A stretch of 64,000 bases of DNA, from positions 256,001-320,000 of the forward strand of contig CAWFDF010000012.1 in assembly GCA_963814585.1 (NCBI GenBank), written 5' to 3'. Positions 7,506 through 18,296 of this stretch are shown in pieces. The notes beneath the pieces were generated by a model. The model was not told where the DNA came from. It was given only the letters and a program-made list of their open reading frames with translations, and made no database searches. Position 1 is the first letter of the stretch. Every line of letters starts with the position of its first letter. The DNA is from an uncultured delta proteobacterium. Its GTDB lineage: Bacteria > Myxococcota > Myxococcia > Myxococcales > Anaeromyxobacteraceae. A program made the translations under genes and the position numbers.

Positions 7506-8963
7506 ATGGAAGGGACCGTGACGCTGCCGCTCTGGGGGGCGCTCCTCCTGCTGGCCCTGGCCGCGGTGGCGCTGCTCGACCGGCTCCTCGTGCCCGGCCT
7601 CCGCTGGTACCTGCGCCGCCGGGTCAACGTGGTCATCGACCGGCTCAACGCCCGGCTCCGGCTCCACATCCAGCCTTTCAAGATGACCCGCCGCGCCGTG
7701 CTGGTGGACCGGCTCACCTTCGACCCGAAGGTGCTCGAGGCGGTGGAGGCGCACGCCCGCGACTCCGGCGAGCCGCGAGCCGCGGTCCAGGCGCGGGTGG
7801 CCCGCTATGCCGGCGAGATCGTCCCGGCCTTCAAGCCCTACGCCTACTTCCAGGTGGGCTACCGGGTCGCCCGCGCCGTGGCCCGCCTGCTCTACCGCGT
7901 CCGCATCGGCTACCAGGACGACGAGGGGCTCTCCCGCATCGACCCGAGGGCCAGCGTGGTGTTCGTGGTGAACCACCGCTCCAACATGGACTACGTGCTG
8001 GTGGCCTACCTGGCGGCGGAGCGGACCGCCCTCTCCTACGCGGTGGGTGAATGGGCCCAGGTCTGGCCGCTGCAGATGCTCATCCGCTCCATGGGGGCCT
8101 ACTTCATCCGCCGCAACTCCAAGGACCCCATCTACCGGCGCGTGCTGGAGCGCTACGTCCAGATGGCCACCGAGGCCGGCGTGGTCCAGGCGGTCTTCCC
8201 GGAGGGCGGCCTGACGCGCGACGGGGCGCTGCGCCCGCCCCGGCTCGGACTCATCGACTACATGCTGCGCACCTTCGACCCGGCCGGAGCCCGCGACCTC
8301 TGCTTCGTGCCGGTGGGCATCAACTACGACCGGGTCCTGGAGGACCGGGCCCTCCTGGCCCAGGCCGCCGGGGAGGCCCCGCGGGGCCTGATCGCCACCA
8401 CCGCCTCGGCCACGCGCTTCGGCCTGCGGCAGGCGCTGCTCTGGTCGCTGGGGCGCTGGCATCGCTTCGGCTACGCCTGCGTCAACTTCGGGACGCCGAT
8501 CTCCATGCGCGAGTGGTCGGCCGCCCACGGCATCGACTGGCGCACCCTGGGCCGGGAGGCGCGCGCGGCGCGGGTCGAGGCGCTCGGCCGCGAGCTCATG
8601 GGGGCGGTGGCGCGGGTGATCCCGGCGCTGCCGGTCTCGCTCCTCGCGACCGCGCTCCTCGAGGGCAGCGGCGAGGCGCCGGTCTCCACCATCGACCTGC
8701 ACGCCCGCACCCAGTCGCTCATGCGCCGGCTTGGCGCGGCCGGCGCCCACGTCTACCTGCCGCGCGAGGACGAGGCCTACGCCATCGAGGTGGGGCTGCG
8801 GACGCTGGTGCAGCGGCGGGTGGTGGAGGAGCGGGACGGCGGCTGGGTGACGGCGCCGGGAGAGGGGCCGGTGCTGCGGTACTACGCCGCCGCCATCGCA
8901 CCCCTGCTGGCCGGGTCGCCCGCCTCCGGCCAGCCCGACCTGACGTCCCGTCTCACGGCGTGA
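7506..8963 (+). CDS. Glycerol-3-phosphate / lysophospholipid acyltransferase (PlsB/PlsC-like)
   Basis: NHRSNMD (HX4D), GAYFIRR, FPEGG, VPVGINYD motifs; N-terminal TM helix. Confidence 0.9.
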   Translation: MEGTVTLPLWGALLLLALAAVALLDRLLVPGLRWYLRRRVNVVIDRLNARLRLHIQPFKMTRRAVLVDRLTFDPKVLEAVEAHARDSGEPRAAVQARVARYAGEIVPAFKPYAYFQVGYRVARAVARLLYRVRIGYQDDEGLSRIDPRASVVFVVNHRSNMDYVLVAYLAAERTALSYAVGEWAQVWPLQMLIRSMGAYFIRRNSKDPIYRRVLERYVQMATEAGVVQAVFPEGGLTRDGALRPPRLGLIDYMLRTFDPAGARDLCFVPVGINYDRVLEDRALLAQAAGEAPRGLIATTASATRFGLRQALLWSLGRWHRFGYACVNFGTPISMREWSAAHGIDWRTLGREARAARVEALGRELMGAVARVIPALPVSLLATALLEGSGEAPVSTIDLHARTQSLMRRLGAAGAHVYLPREDEAYAIEVGLRTLVQRRVVEERDGGWVTAPGEGPVLRYYAAAIAPLLAGSPASGQPDLTSRLTA

Positions 8964-9054
8964 TGGTACAGCCAAGCGCCCCGAAAGCTGATATGGAGCG
9001 GACGTTTGGGCCCCGGAACCCGTGACCAGGCCCCGGCCCGCTGCCGCTCCCGCG

Positions 9055-10143
9055 ATGAACCACCGACTTCTCACCCTCCTCGCCGCCGCCCTGGCCCAGG
9101 GCCTCGCGCCGTCGGCGTCCGCCGAGGACCTCGCTCGTCCAGCTGCCGTCCAGCTCCAGGGCCCTGGGCTCGCCGCCTCGCCCGGCCACCCGGCCGGCTG
9201 GCCCCCGGCCCGGGAGATCCCCGACGCCACCGAGTGCGCGCGGATCCGACAGGAGCTCGGCCTGGCGCGGGACGGGTCGCTCTGCCTGACCGTGAAGCCG
9301 TCCACGGGCAGCGTCACGCTGTTCCTCCCCCTCGACGCGTCTCGCCCGGAGGAGGTGGCCAGCGTCGCGGCCGGCCGCCTCCAGCCCGCCGTCCTCGACG
9401 CCCGGCCCGGCGGGGACCCCGGCCGCCTCGAGCTGGAGGCCATCGGCGTCGACGGGGTCCGGCTGGATCCCCGCTACGAGAAGCTGGCCCGGCACTCGGT
9501 CTACCTGGCGGGCATGGGGGCCGCGGTCATGGGGACCATGATCGTGATGCCCCCCTCGGTCTCGAAGTGGAACACGGTGGACCGGGCCGCCTTCGTCGGC
9601 GCCATGCCGAGTGAGTGGTCCGGCCACGTCAGCCAGGGGCCGATCGTCGACGTCGACGAGTGGGCGGTCAACTACATCGGCCATCCCATCTCCGGGAGCT
9701 TCTACTACCAGATCGCCCGCCACGACGGCTTCGGCGTGCTTGGCTCGACCCTCTACTCGGCGCTGATGTCCACCTTCTTCTGGGAGTACGGCATCGAGGC
9801 CTTCGCCGAGATTCCCTCGGTGCAGGACATCGTCGTGACCCCCCTGGGCGGCGCCCTGCTCGGGGAGGCCTTCTTCCAGGCCGAGCAGGCGCTCGACCGG
9901 AACGGCGGGACCGTGTTCGGCTCGCGGATCCTCGGCGAGACGGCCCGGGTGCTCCTGAATCCGGCCGGCGCCCTGGTCAACGGGCTGGACTGGATGCTGG
10001 TGAGCCCCGCCAATCCCTCGGCGCCCCAGGGGCGCGGCCTGAGCGCCCACTCGACCCTGGTGGCCTACCAGCGGACCGATCCCAGCCGCCCGCAGCTGAG
10101 GGACAACTACCTCGGCGTGCAGCTGGTCTTCACCCTGCCCTAG
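9055..10143 (+). CDS. Secreted / outer-membrane DUF3943-like protein
   Basis: Signal peptide; D-W-VNYIGHP-SGS-YY-AR...FWEYGIEAFAE-PS-QD-VVTP-GG motif. Confidence 0.8.
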   Translation: MNHRLLTLLAAALAQGLAPSASAEDLARPAAVQLQGPGLAASPGHPAGWPPAREIPDATECARIRQELGLARDGSLCLTVKPSTGSVTLFLPLDASRPEEVASVAAGRLQPAVLDARPGGDPGRLELEAIGVDGVRLDPRYEKLARHSVYLAGMGAAVMGTMIVMPPSVSKWNTVDRAAFVGAMPSEWSGHVSQGPIVDVDEWAVNYIGHPISGSFYYQIARHDGFGVLGSTLYSALMSTFFWEYGIEAFAEIPSVQDIVVTPLGGALLGEAFFQAEQALDRNGGTVFGSRILGETARVLLNPAGALVNGLDWMLVSPANPSAPQGRGLSAHSTLVAYQRTDPSRPQLRDNYLGVQLVFTLP

Positions 10144-11671
10144 GGCCACCGGCCCCAGGGCTCGAGGCGCCGGGGCCGGGATCTACGAAGGGCAGCACGG
10201 TCTCCCCGTGCGAGAGGAAGCGGTCGACGGCCTGCGCCGCCTGGCGCCCCTCGCGGATGGCCCAGACCACCAGCGACTGGCCGCGCGCCATGTCGCCGGC
10301 GGCGAAGACGCCCGGCACGCTGGTCATCTTGTCGGCGTCGGTCCAGACGTTGCCGCGCTCGTCGAGCCTGCAGCCGAGCTGCCCCGGCACCGTCTTCTCC
10401 GGCCCGGTGAAGCCGAGGGCCAGCAGCACCAGCTCGGCCGGGATCACCCGCTCGCTCCCGGCCACCTCCTGCGGCCCGAAGCGGCCGTCGGCCCCCTTCC
10501 TCCACTCCACCGAGACCAGCTGCAGCGACCGGACGCGGCCATCGGCGTCGCCCTCGAACTTCCTGGTGAGGACGGCGTACTGGCGCGGATCGGCCCCCTG
10601 CAGCGCGCTGGCCTCCTCCTGCCCGTAGTCGAGCCGGTAGACCTTGGGCCACTGCGGCCAGGGGTTGTCGGCGGCGCGCTGGTCGGGCGGGCGCGGCAGG
10701 ATCTCGAGCTGGGTGACGCTCTTCGCCCCGTGGCGCAGGGCGGTGCCGACGCAGTCGGTGCCGGTGTCGCCGCCGCCGATGACCACCACGTGCTTCCCCG
10801 TGGCCGAGACGTACTGGCAATCGGCCAGCCTCGAGTCGAGCAGGCTCTTGGTGTTCTTGTGGAGGAACTCCATGGCCAGGTGGATGCCTCGCAGCTGGCG
10901 CCCCTCCACCGGCAGGTCCCGCGCCATGGTGGCGCCCCCGCAGAGGACCACCGCCTCGTAGTCCTTCACCAGCCGGTCGGCGGTGATGTGGGTGCCGATC
11001 TCGGTGGAGGTGACGAAGCGGATCCCCTCGTCGGCCAGCAGCTTGACCCGCCGCTCCACGAACTGCTTGTCGAGCTTCATGTTGGGGATGCCGTACATGA
11101 GCAGGCCGCCGATCCGGTCGGCCCGCTCGAAGACGGTGACCACGTGCCCGGCCCTGTTGAGCTGCGCGGCGCAGGACAGGCCGGCCGGCCCGGAGCCCAC
11201 CACCGCCACCCGCTTTCCGGTCCGGACCGGCGGCGGCTCGGCCACCACCCACCCCTCGGCGAAGGCCCGGTCGACGATCTCGGCCTCGATGGACTTGATG
11301 GTGACGGCCTCGCCGTTGAGCGCGCAGGTGCAGCTGCCCTCGCAGGGTGCCGGGCAGACCCGCCCGGTGAACTCGGGGAAGTTGTTGGTCTTGGCCAGCC
11401 GGATGTACGCCTCCCGCCACTGGCCGCGGTAGACGAGGTCGTTCCACTCCGGGATGAGGTTGTTGATGGGACAGCCCGAGGCCATCCCGGCGATCAGGAT
11501 GCCGGTGTGGCAGAAGGGGATGCCGCAGTCCATGCAGCGCGCCCCCTGCTGGCGGAGCGTCGCCTCGGCCCAGGCCGGGTGGGTCTCGCTCCAGTCCTTC
11601 ACCCGCTCGAGCGGCGGGCGATCGTGCCTCGGCTCGCGCGGGAACTCGATGAATCCGGTCGGCTTGCCCAT
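10130..11671 (-). CDS. gltD: Glutamate synthase small (beta) subunit
   Basis: MGKPTGF start, RCMDCGIPFC, GRVCPAPCEGSC, GSGPAG, GGGDTGTDC, RGQSLVVWAIREGR. Confidence 0.97.
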   Translation of the reverse strand: MGKPTGFIEFPREPRHDRPPLERVKDWSETHPAWAEATLRQQGARCMDCGIPFCHTGILIAGMASGCPINNLIPEWNDLVYRGQWREAYIRLAKTNNFPEFTGRVCPAPCEGSCTCALNGEAVTIKSIEAEIVDRAFAEGWVVAEPPPVRTGKRVAVVGSGPAGLSCAAQLNRAGHVVTVFERADRIGGLLMYGIPNMKLDKQFVERRVKLLADEGIRFVTSTEIGTHITADRLVKDYEAVVLCGGATMARDLPVEGRQLRGIHLAMEFLHKNTKSLLDSRLADCQYVSATGKHVVVIGGGDTGTDCVGTALRHGAKSVTQLEILPRPPDQRAADNPWPQWPKVYRLDYGQEEASALQGADPRQYAVLTRKFEGDADGRVRSLQLVSVEWRKGADGRFGPQEVAGSERVIPAELVLLALGFTGPEKTVPGQLGCRLDERGNVWTDADKMTSVPGVFAAGDMARGQSLVVWAIREGRQAAQAVDRFLSHGETVLPFVDPGPGASSPGAGGPRAG

Positions 11672-11673
11672 GC

Positions 11674-14600
11674 CTAGTTCCCACCCACCCGCGCCTGGTC
11701 CCGCGCGTTCATCTCGAAGGCCGCCAGCTCCGCCTCCTCGGGCGACATCCCGGTGGCCCGAAGCCGGCGCTGCGACTCCAACATGCGCCGGTAGTCGTGT
11801 GGCCACACCTTCACGAACCGCGGCAGGGTGGCCTTCCAGTCGGCCAGCAGCCGCTTCCCCAGCTCGCTGCCGGTGAGGGCCACGTGGCGCTCGATGAGCG
11901 CCCTCAGCGCCCCGGCGTCCTCCGGCTCCACCACCGGGCCGAGCCCGACCATCTCCAGGTTGCAGGAGACGGCGAAGGCGCCGTCGGCGTCGTGGACGTA
12001 GGCCACCCCTCCCGACATGCCGGCGGCGAAGTTGCGGCCGGTCGGGCCCAGCACCGCCACGGTGCCGCCCGTCATGTACTCGCAGCCGTGGTCGCCGACC
12101 CCCTCGACCACCGCGACGGCGCCCGAGTTGCGCACCGCGAACCGCTCACCGGCCACGCCGCGGATGAAGGCCTCGCCGCCGGTGGCGCCGTAGAGCGCCA
12201 CGTTGCCGATGACGACGTTCTCCTCGGCGACGAAGCCGGCGTCCCGGGGCGGGAAGACCGCCAGCGTGCCGCCCGAGAGCCCCTTGCCGAGGTAGTCGTT
12301 GGCGTCGCCCTCCAGCAGCAGCGTCATGCCGCGGGGGATGAAGGCCCCGAAGGACTGGCCGGCCGAGCCGGTGAAGCGGAAGGTGATGGTGCCGGGCGGC
12401 AGCCCGGCGGCGCCGTGCCGGCGCGTCACCTCCGAGCCGGTCATGGTGCCCACCACCCGGTTGGTGTTGCGGATGGGCAGGCTGGCCTCCACCTTCTTCC
12501 CCTCCTCGATGGCCGGCCGGGCCAGCGGCAGGAGGGTGGTGGCGTCGAGGCTCCGCTCCACGCCGTGATCCTGCGGGATCGAGCAGGTCCGGCCGAAGGC
12601 GCGCGGCACCGTGGGCTTGTAGAGGATGCGCGAGAAGTCGAGGTTTCGGGCCTTCCAGTGATCGACGGCGCGGCGCATCTCCAGCCGCTCCGAGCGCCCC
12701 ACCATCTCCTCGACGGTGCGGAAGCCCAGCACGGCCATGTACTCCCGGACCTCCTGGGCGATGAAGCGCATGAAGTTGACCACGTGGGCCGGATCGCCGG
12801 TGAAGCGGGCCCGCAGCTGCGGATCCTGGGTGGCCACGCCGACCGGGCAGGTGTTGAGGTGGCAGGCGCGCATCATGATGCAGCCCAGCGACACCAGCGG
12901 CCCGGTGGCGAACCCGAACTCCTCGGCGCCGAGCAGCGCGCCCACCACCACGTCGCGGCCGGTCTTGAGCTGGCCGTCCACCTCGACGGCGATGCGGCTG
13001 CGCAGGTCGTTGAGGACCAGCACCTGGTGGGTCTCGGCCAGGCCGAGCTCCCAGGGGATGCCGGCGTGCTTGATCGAGGTGAGCGGGGAGGCGCCCGTGC
13101 CGCCGTCGTGGCCGGCGATGAGCACCACGTCGGCGTGCGCCTTGGCGACGCCGGCGGCGATGGTCCCGACGCCCACCTCGGCGACCAGCTTCACCGAGAT
13201 GCGGGCCTTGTGGTTGGCGTTCTTGAGGTCGTGGATCAGCTGCGCCAGGTCCTCGATGGAGTAGATGTCGTGGTGCGGCGGCGGCGAGATCAGCCCCACG
13301 CCCGGGGTGGCGTGGCGCACCCGGGCGATCCACGGGTAGACCTTGGAGCCTGGCAGCTGGCCGCCCTCGCCCGGCTTGGCCCCCTGCGCCATCTTGATCT
13401 GGAGCTCGCGGGCGTTGACCAGGTACAGGCTGGTGACGCCGAAGCGGGCGCTGGCCACCTGCTTGATGGCCGAGTTCTTGGAGTCGCCGTTCGGCTCCGG
13501 CACGTAGCGGGCCGGGTCCTCCCCGCCCTCGCCGGTGTTCGACTTGGCCCCGATGCGGTTCATGGCGATGGCCAGCGCCTCGTGGGCCTCCTTGGAGATG
13601 GAGCCGTAGCTCATGGCCCCGGTCTTGAAGCGGCGCATGATGGCCTCGACCGGCTCGACCTCCTCGATGGGCACCGGCCTGGCGGCCGGCTTGAAGTCCA
13701 TCAGGCCGCGCAGCGTGCAGAGGTGCGTGGCCTGGTTGTCGACCAGCGCGGTGTAGTCCTTGAACGCCCGGTAGTCGCCGGTGCGGGTGGCCACCTGGAG
13801 CCGGTGGACGGTCTCGGGGTTGAAGAGGTGGTGCTCGCCGCCGGCCCGGTACTGGTACTGGCCGCCGGCCGGCAGGCTGCGGTGGAAGACCGGGCGGCGC
13901 GGCGGGAAGCCGCGCTCGTGGCGCTGCCGCGCCTCGGACGCCACCACGTCGATGCCCACGCCGCCGATGCGGGTGGCGGTCCAGGTGAAGTACTCGTCGA
14001 TGAAGTCCTGGTTGAGCCCGACCGCCTCGAACACCTGGGCGCCGTGGTAGCTCTGGATGGTCGAGATGCCCATCTTGGAGATGACCTTGACGATCCCCTT
14101 GGCCACCGCCTTGGCGTACTTCTTCTCGGCGTCGGCGGCCGAGCCCGGGATCATCCCCAGCTTCACCTGGTCGTGGATGGTCTCGAAGGCGAGGTAGGGG
14201 TTGACCGCCGACGCGCCGTAGCCGATCAGCAGCGCGAAGTGGTGCACCTCCCTGGGCTCGCCCGACTCCAGGACGATGCCACAGCGGGTCCGCGTCCCTT
14301 CCCGGATGAGGTGGTGCTGCACGGCCGAGACCGCCAGCAGCGAGGGGATGGGGGCGTCCTCGGCGTCGTGGCCGCGGTCGGAGAGGACGATGATGTTGCA
14401 CCCCTCGGCGAGGCACTCCGAGACCCGCCAGCGCAGGTCCTCGAGCGCCTTGCGCAGGCCGGCGCCGCCCGCCGAGGCCTTGAAGAGGATGGGGAGGGTG
14501 ATGGCCTTGAGCCCCTTGGCCCCGGCCCCGCCGTCCAGCCCCCGGATCTTCTCCAGGTCCTCGTTCCGGATCACCGGCGAGGGGAGCGCCAGCTGGCGCG

Positions 14601-16284
14601 CCGACTCCGGCCTGGCCTCCAGCAGGTTCCCCTCCGGCCCCACGGCGGTGTCCACCGCCATGATGATCTCCTCGCGGATGGCGTCCACCGGTGGGTTGGT
14701 CACCTGCGCGAAGAGCTGCTTGAAGTAGGCGAAGAGGAGCTGCGGCTTCTCGGAGAGGACGGCCAGCGGGGTGTCGGTCCCCATCGAGCCGATGGGCTCG
14801 GTGCCGTCGATGGCCATGGGCGTGATGAGCCGGCTGACGTCCTCGGAGGTGTAGCCGAAGACCTCCTGGCGCCGGAGCACCGTCTCGTGGGCGGGCTCGA
14901 TGATCCGGCCCGGCCGGGGCAGCTGGTCGAGCTGGACCAGGTGCTCCTCCAGCCAGGCCGCGTAGGGCGCCGCGCCGGCGATGCGCTGCTTCAGCTCGTC
15001 GTCCGGGACGATGCGCTGCTCCGCGGTGTCGACGTAGAAGATCCGGCCCGGCTGCAGGCGCCCCTTCTGGACGATCTGGTCGGCGGGGATGTCGAGCACG
15101 CCGACCTCGGAGGCCATCACCACCAGGCCGTCCCGGGTGACGTAGTAGCGGCTGGGGCGCAGGCCGTTCCGGTCCAGCACCGCGCCGATGCGGACGCCGT
15201 CGGTGAAGGCGATGGAGGCGGGACCGTCCCACGGCTCCATCAGGCAGGAGTGGAACTCGTAGAAGGCCCTCTTCTCGGCGCTCATGGCCTGGTTCTGGCT
15301 CCAGGCCTCGGGCACCATCATCATGATGGCGTGCGGCAGCTCGCGGCCGGCCAGCGTCAGCAGCTCCAGCACGTTGTCGAACATGCCGGAGTCGGAGCCG
15401 TCCGTGTCGATCACGGTGAGGACCTTCTGCAGGTCGTCCCCGAAGAGCGCCGACTTCATCATCGACTGGCGCGCGTGCATCCAGTTGATGTTGCCCCGCA
15501 GCGTGTTGATCTCGCCGTTGTGCGAGATGTAGCGGTACGGGTGGGCGCGGGACCAGGACGGGAAGGTGTTGGTCGAGAACCGCGAGTGCACCATGCCCAG
15601 CGCCGAGACCACGGCAGGGTCCTGCAGGTCCGGGTAGAAGCGGCGCAGCTGGGGGGCGTTGAGCATCCCCTTGAAGACGATGGTCTTGTAGCTCAGGCTC
15701 GGCAGGTAGAAGTGGGTGCGGCCCGGGATGGACGAGCGCGACACCTTCTTCTCCACCTGGCGTCGGATCAGGTACAGCTTCCGCTCGAAGGCCAGCTCGT
15801 CGGCCAGCCCCTCGCCGCGCCCCACGAAGACCTGGCGGATCACCGGCTGCGAGCTCCTCGCCGAGGGCCCGAGCGTCACGGGGTCGGTCGGGACGTCGCG
15901 CCAGCCCAGCACCCGCTGCCCCTCGATGCGGACGGTCTCCTCGACGATCCGCTCGCAGGCGGCGCGTCCCTCGGCGCCCGGGGGAAGGAAGACCATGCCG
16001 GCGCCGTACTGGCCGGCGGCCGGGAGGGCGAAGCCCAGCTTGCCGCAGCGCTCGCGCAGGAAGGCGTGGGGGACCTGGAGCAGGATGCCGGCGCCGTCGC
16101 CGGTGTCCTTCTCGGCGCCGACCGCGCCGCGGTGCTCGAGGTTGACCAGCACCTGGAGCGCCTTCTCCACGATGTCGTGGGAGGACCGCCCCTTCAGGTC
16201 GACCACGAAGCCGAAGCCGCAGGCATCCTTCTCCTGCTGCGGATCGTAGAGCCCCTGCCTCGCCGGGTAACCTGCTTCGCGCAT
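11674..16284 (-). CDS. gltB: Glutamate synthase large (alpha) subunit
   Basis: DACGFGF Ntn cysteine, [48 protein letters not shown] domain. Confidence 0.98.
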   Translation of the reverse strand: MREAGYPARQGLYDPQQEKDACGFGFVVDLKGRSSHDIVEKALQVLVNLEHRGAVGAEKDTGDGAGILLQVPHAFLRERCGKLGFALPAAGQYGAGMVFLPPGAEGRAACERIVEETVRIEGQRVLGWRDVPTDPVTLGPSARSSQPVIRQVFVGRGEGLADELAFERKLYLIRRQVEKKVSRSSIPGRTHFYLPSLSYKTIVFKGMLNAPQLRRFYPDLQDPAVVSALGMVHSRFSTNTFPSWSRAHPYRYISHNGEINTLRGNINWMHARQSMMKSALFGDDLQKVLTVIDTDGSDSGMFDNVLELLTLAGRELPHAIMMMVPEAWSQNQAMSAEKRAFYEFHSCLMEPWDGPASIAFTDGVRIGAVLDRNGLRPSRYYVTRDGLVVMASEVGVLDIPADQIVQKGRLQPGRIFYVDTAEQRIVPDDELKQRIAGAAPYAAWLEEHLVQLDQLPRPGRIIEPAHETVLRRQEVFGYTSEDVSRLITPMAIDGTEPIGSMGTDTPLAVLSEKPQLLFAYFKQLFAQVTNPPVDAIREEIIMAVDTAVGPEGNLLEARPESARQLALPSPVIRNEDLEKIRGLDGGAGAKGLKAITLPILFKASAGGAGLRKALEDLRWRVSECLAEGCNIIVLSDRGHDAEDAPIPSLLAVSAVQHHLIREGTRTRCGIVLESGEPREVHHFALLIGYGASAVNPYLAFETIHDQVKLGMIPGSAADAEKKYAKAVAKGIVKVISKMGISTIQSYHGAQVFEAVGLNQDFIDEYFTWTATRIGGVGIDVVASEARQRHERGFPPRRPVFHRSLPAGGQYQYRAGGEHHLFNPETVHRLQVATRTGDYRAFKDYTALVDNQATHLCTLRGLMDFKPAARPVPIEEVEPVEAIMRRFKTGAMSYGSISKEAHEALAIAMNRIGAKSNTGEGGEDPARYVPEPNGDSKNSAIKQVASARFGVTSLYLVNARELQIKMAQGAKPGEGGQLPGSKVYPWIARVRHATPGVGLISPPPHHDIYSIEDLAQLIHDLKNANHKARISVKLVAEVGVGTIAAGVAKAHADVVLIAGHDGGTGASPLTSIKHAGIPWELGLAETHQVLVLNDLRSRIAVEVDGQLKTGRDVVVGALLGAEEFGFATGPLVSLGCIMMRACHLNTCPVGVATQDPQLRARFTGDPAHVVNFMRFIAQEVREYMAVLGFRTVEEMVGRSERLEMRRAVDHWKARNLDFSRILYKPTVPRAFGRTCSIPQDHGVERSLDATTLLPLARPAIEEGKKVEASLPIRNTNRVVGTMTGSEVTRRHGAAGLPPGTITFRFTGSAGQSFGAFIPRGMTLLLEGDANDYLGKGLSGGTLAVFPPRDAGFVAEENVVIGNVALYGATGGEAFIRGVAGERFAVRNSGAVAVVEGVGDHGCEYMTGGTVAVLGPTGRNFAAGMSGGVAYVHDADGAFAVSCNLEMVGLGPVVEPEDAGALRALIERHVALTGSELGKRLLADWKATLPRFVKVWPHDYRRMLESQRRLRATGMSPEEAELAAFEMNARDQARVGGN

Positions 16285-16509
16285 CTCTCTTCTCTCTCCC
16301 TGCCAGCCGTGAAATGGACCGGCGAGTGTGACCCATGCCGGGAAGGACCGTCAACCCGTGAGGCCTGACGAAATCCGGGCAGTTGCACGGTTTCCGGGCA
16401 GGTGGTGGCGGGGGGCGAGGGACCGCGCAACCAGCCGGCGCCGCCGGTGTTCAGGCCAGGGAGCGCTCCAGCGGGATCTCCCCCGCTCCGCTCCCGAGGG
16501 AGACCGACC

Positions 16510-17823
16510 ATGAGGATCACCACCTGGCTGGGCGCCGCCGCGCTGGCCCTGACACTGGCCGCCTGCGGCCAGGCCACCGACGACTTCGCCGGCGCCACGC
16601 CGGACGTCGCCGGCCTGACGCTGGAGGTCGAGGGGGGCGCCGCCGAAGGGCTTCCGCTCCTCGCCACCTCGCCCGCGTCCGCGAGCCCCCTGGCCGCCCT
16701 GGCCACGACGCCCGGTGACGGCGACGATCTCGCCACCATCCGGGCCGAGGTCAAGGCCCTCAACGGCGAGCTGCGGCGGGTGATGGAGCGGGTGGAGGAG
16801 GCGGTCCAGGCCGGGGGCACGGCGGCGGTCGGCGGCCGGATGATCTACGGGCCGGCCGATCGGTGCGTGGTGCCGGACGCCAGCGGCGGCTGCGCGGCCT
16901 CGGCCAACTTCGTCCTGGGCGTGAAGCGCGAGCGCGACCACCTCTTCACCTGGCTGCTGGAGGCCCGCCCCGTCGGCTCGACCGTCCAGGCCGACTTCAA
17001 GCCGGTGGCCGCTGGCTGGCTGGCCCGCGGCGGCCAGCGGCACCGGGGGGTCGGCAAGCTCGCCCTCCACCTGCGCAACCTGAAGGCCGTGCAGCCGGCC
17101 TACGGCGGCGACGGCTTCCTGCTGGGCGGCTTCGCCAATGGACCGGTCGTCAAGTCGGTGCACTACCGGCTGGTCGAGTTCACCCCCGACGGCGCCAACC
17201 CCCGGACCGCCGCCTACGTGGGGATGAAGAACGGCAGCGGCATCCGCCGCGTCCGCGTGGCCACGCCGCAGGACCTGCTGGCCCCGCCCGCGGGTGGCGT
17301 GGACATGGGCGACGAGCTGTTGCTGGCCCGCGCCGCCTGGCTCCCCGGCGTGGCCGGGCGCACCTACTCGGTCGTCACCAACTGGAGGCAGCTGGACCGC
17401 ACCGTCGCGCCGCCGGTGCTGGGGGGCCTCCCGCACGGGGACGTGCCGGGCGCCAGCTGGGACTCCAGCTACTACTTCGGCCGCGCCTGCTACGCTCCGG
17501 ACAGCGCCGGGGCGCCGCTCACCATGAAGTTCAAGGAGTGGTACCTGTGCGAGCGGAGCGAGGGACCGGTCGCCTGCGTGGTCCGCCAGGGCGGCGTGGG
17601 CACGGTGGTCTCCGGCACCGGGACCTGGGCCGACGGCTGCAGGCTCGCCGTCGAGCCGCCCGAGCTCGGCGATCCCGGCGACGCCGGGGAGCATCCGGAG
17701 CACGACTCGGACGAGCCGGGCATGGGCGGCCGTGGCATGCAGGCCCCACCGGCGCCGCCGGCCGACCCGAACGACATCGGCGCGCCGCCACCCGGCATGC
17801 CGGGCATGCACCCGATGATGTGA
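16510..17823 (+). CDS. Uncharacterised lipoprotein with Pro/Gly/Met-rich C-terminal tail
   Basis: MRITTWLGAAALALTLAAC lipobox; GGGAG RBS; codon usage typical of the window. Confidence 0.8.
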   Translation: MRITTWLGAAALALTLAACGQATDDFAGATPDVAGLTLEVEGGAAEGLPLLATSPASASPLAALATTPGDGDDLATIRAEVKALNGELRRVMERVEEAVQAGGTAAVGGRMIYGPADRCVVPDASGGCAASANFVLGVKRERDHLFTWLLEARPVGSTVQADFKPVAAGWLARGGQRHRGVGKLALHLRNLKAVQPAYGGDGFLLGGFANGPVVKSVHYRLVEFTPDGANPRTAAYVGMKNGSGIRRVRVATPQDLLAPPAGGVDMGDELLLARAAWLPGVAGRTYSVVTNWRQLDRTVAPPVLGGLPHGDVPGASWDSSYYFGRACYAPDSAGAPLTMKFKEWYLCERSEGPVACVVRQGGVGTVVSGTGTWADGCRLAVEPPELGDPGDAGEHPEHDSDEPGMGGRGMQAPPAPPADPNDIGAPPPGMPGMHPMM

Positions 17824-17883
17824 GTCGCTGGAGGTGGCGGGCGGCGTGGGCCGGCCGCTCACCGGCAGCATCCCGGTGACACG

Positions 17884-18083
17884 CATCGGCTCCCCTGGTC
17901 GCGTCGGGGCCCCGCCGGGCCGGGGAGCTCGTCCCGCCTGCGGCGCGCCCGCTCGCCAGCGGCCGGTCCGCTCGAGCGGGCGCCGCTGAGGCTGCGCGGC
18001 TCGCTCCCGGCCGGCGGATCCCCACCGCTCCCGGGAGCCTCTCGCCGGTGCACATCGGCTCCCGTGGTCGCGTCGGGGCCCCG
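17884..18083. repeat. Two 31-bp direct repeats (17884-17914 and 18053-18083), one mismatch
   Basis: CATCGGCTCCC(C/G)TGGTCGCGTCGGGGCCCCG, copies 169 bp apart in an intergenic region. Confidence 0.85.
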
Positions 18084-18296
18084 GCGATCCCCGGGAACCG
18101 CCGGCCCAGGCCCCGTCCTGGTTTACTCTCGGTCGCAGGCGGGGCGCCTCTTCGCCGCCCCGGGAATCGAGCCGCCCGCCACCCGTTCCGCTTCCGATGC
18201 GGCCCGGGTTGTGCCATGTTCTCGCCCCGCTCGCTCCCCGGGTCCGGAGGATGGAGGCGGGTGCAGCGTGTTCGCCGACGTGCGGCGCGGAGGTAC

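Noticed and set aside
6489..9443. N-terminal ~980 aa of the 1473-aa ORF 5022..9443
   Set aside because: Overlaps the real SPFH, acyltransferase and DUF3943 genes; the lipoprotein signal begins at 6488.
10130..10200. gltD low-complexity C-terminal extension overlapping the DUF3943 gene by 14 bp
   Set aside because: Short convergent overlaps and stop-codon drift are common in high-GC genomes; no sign of function.
11797..16368. 1523-aa plus-strand ORF and 1402-aa alternative-frame ORF over gltB
   Set aside because: Antisense and off-frame shadows typical of high-GC codon bias; gltB explains the region and these ORFs have no recognisable motifs.
17884..18083. CRISPR array interpretation of the 31-bp repeat
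   Set aside because: Only two copies, a 138-bp spacer, and no cas genes in the window.
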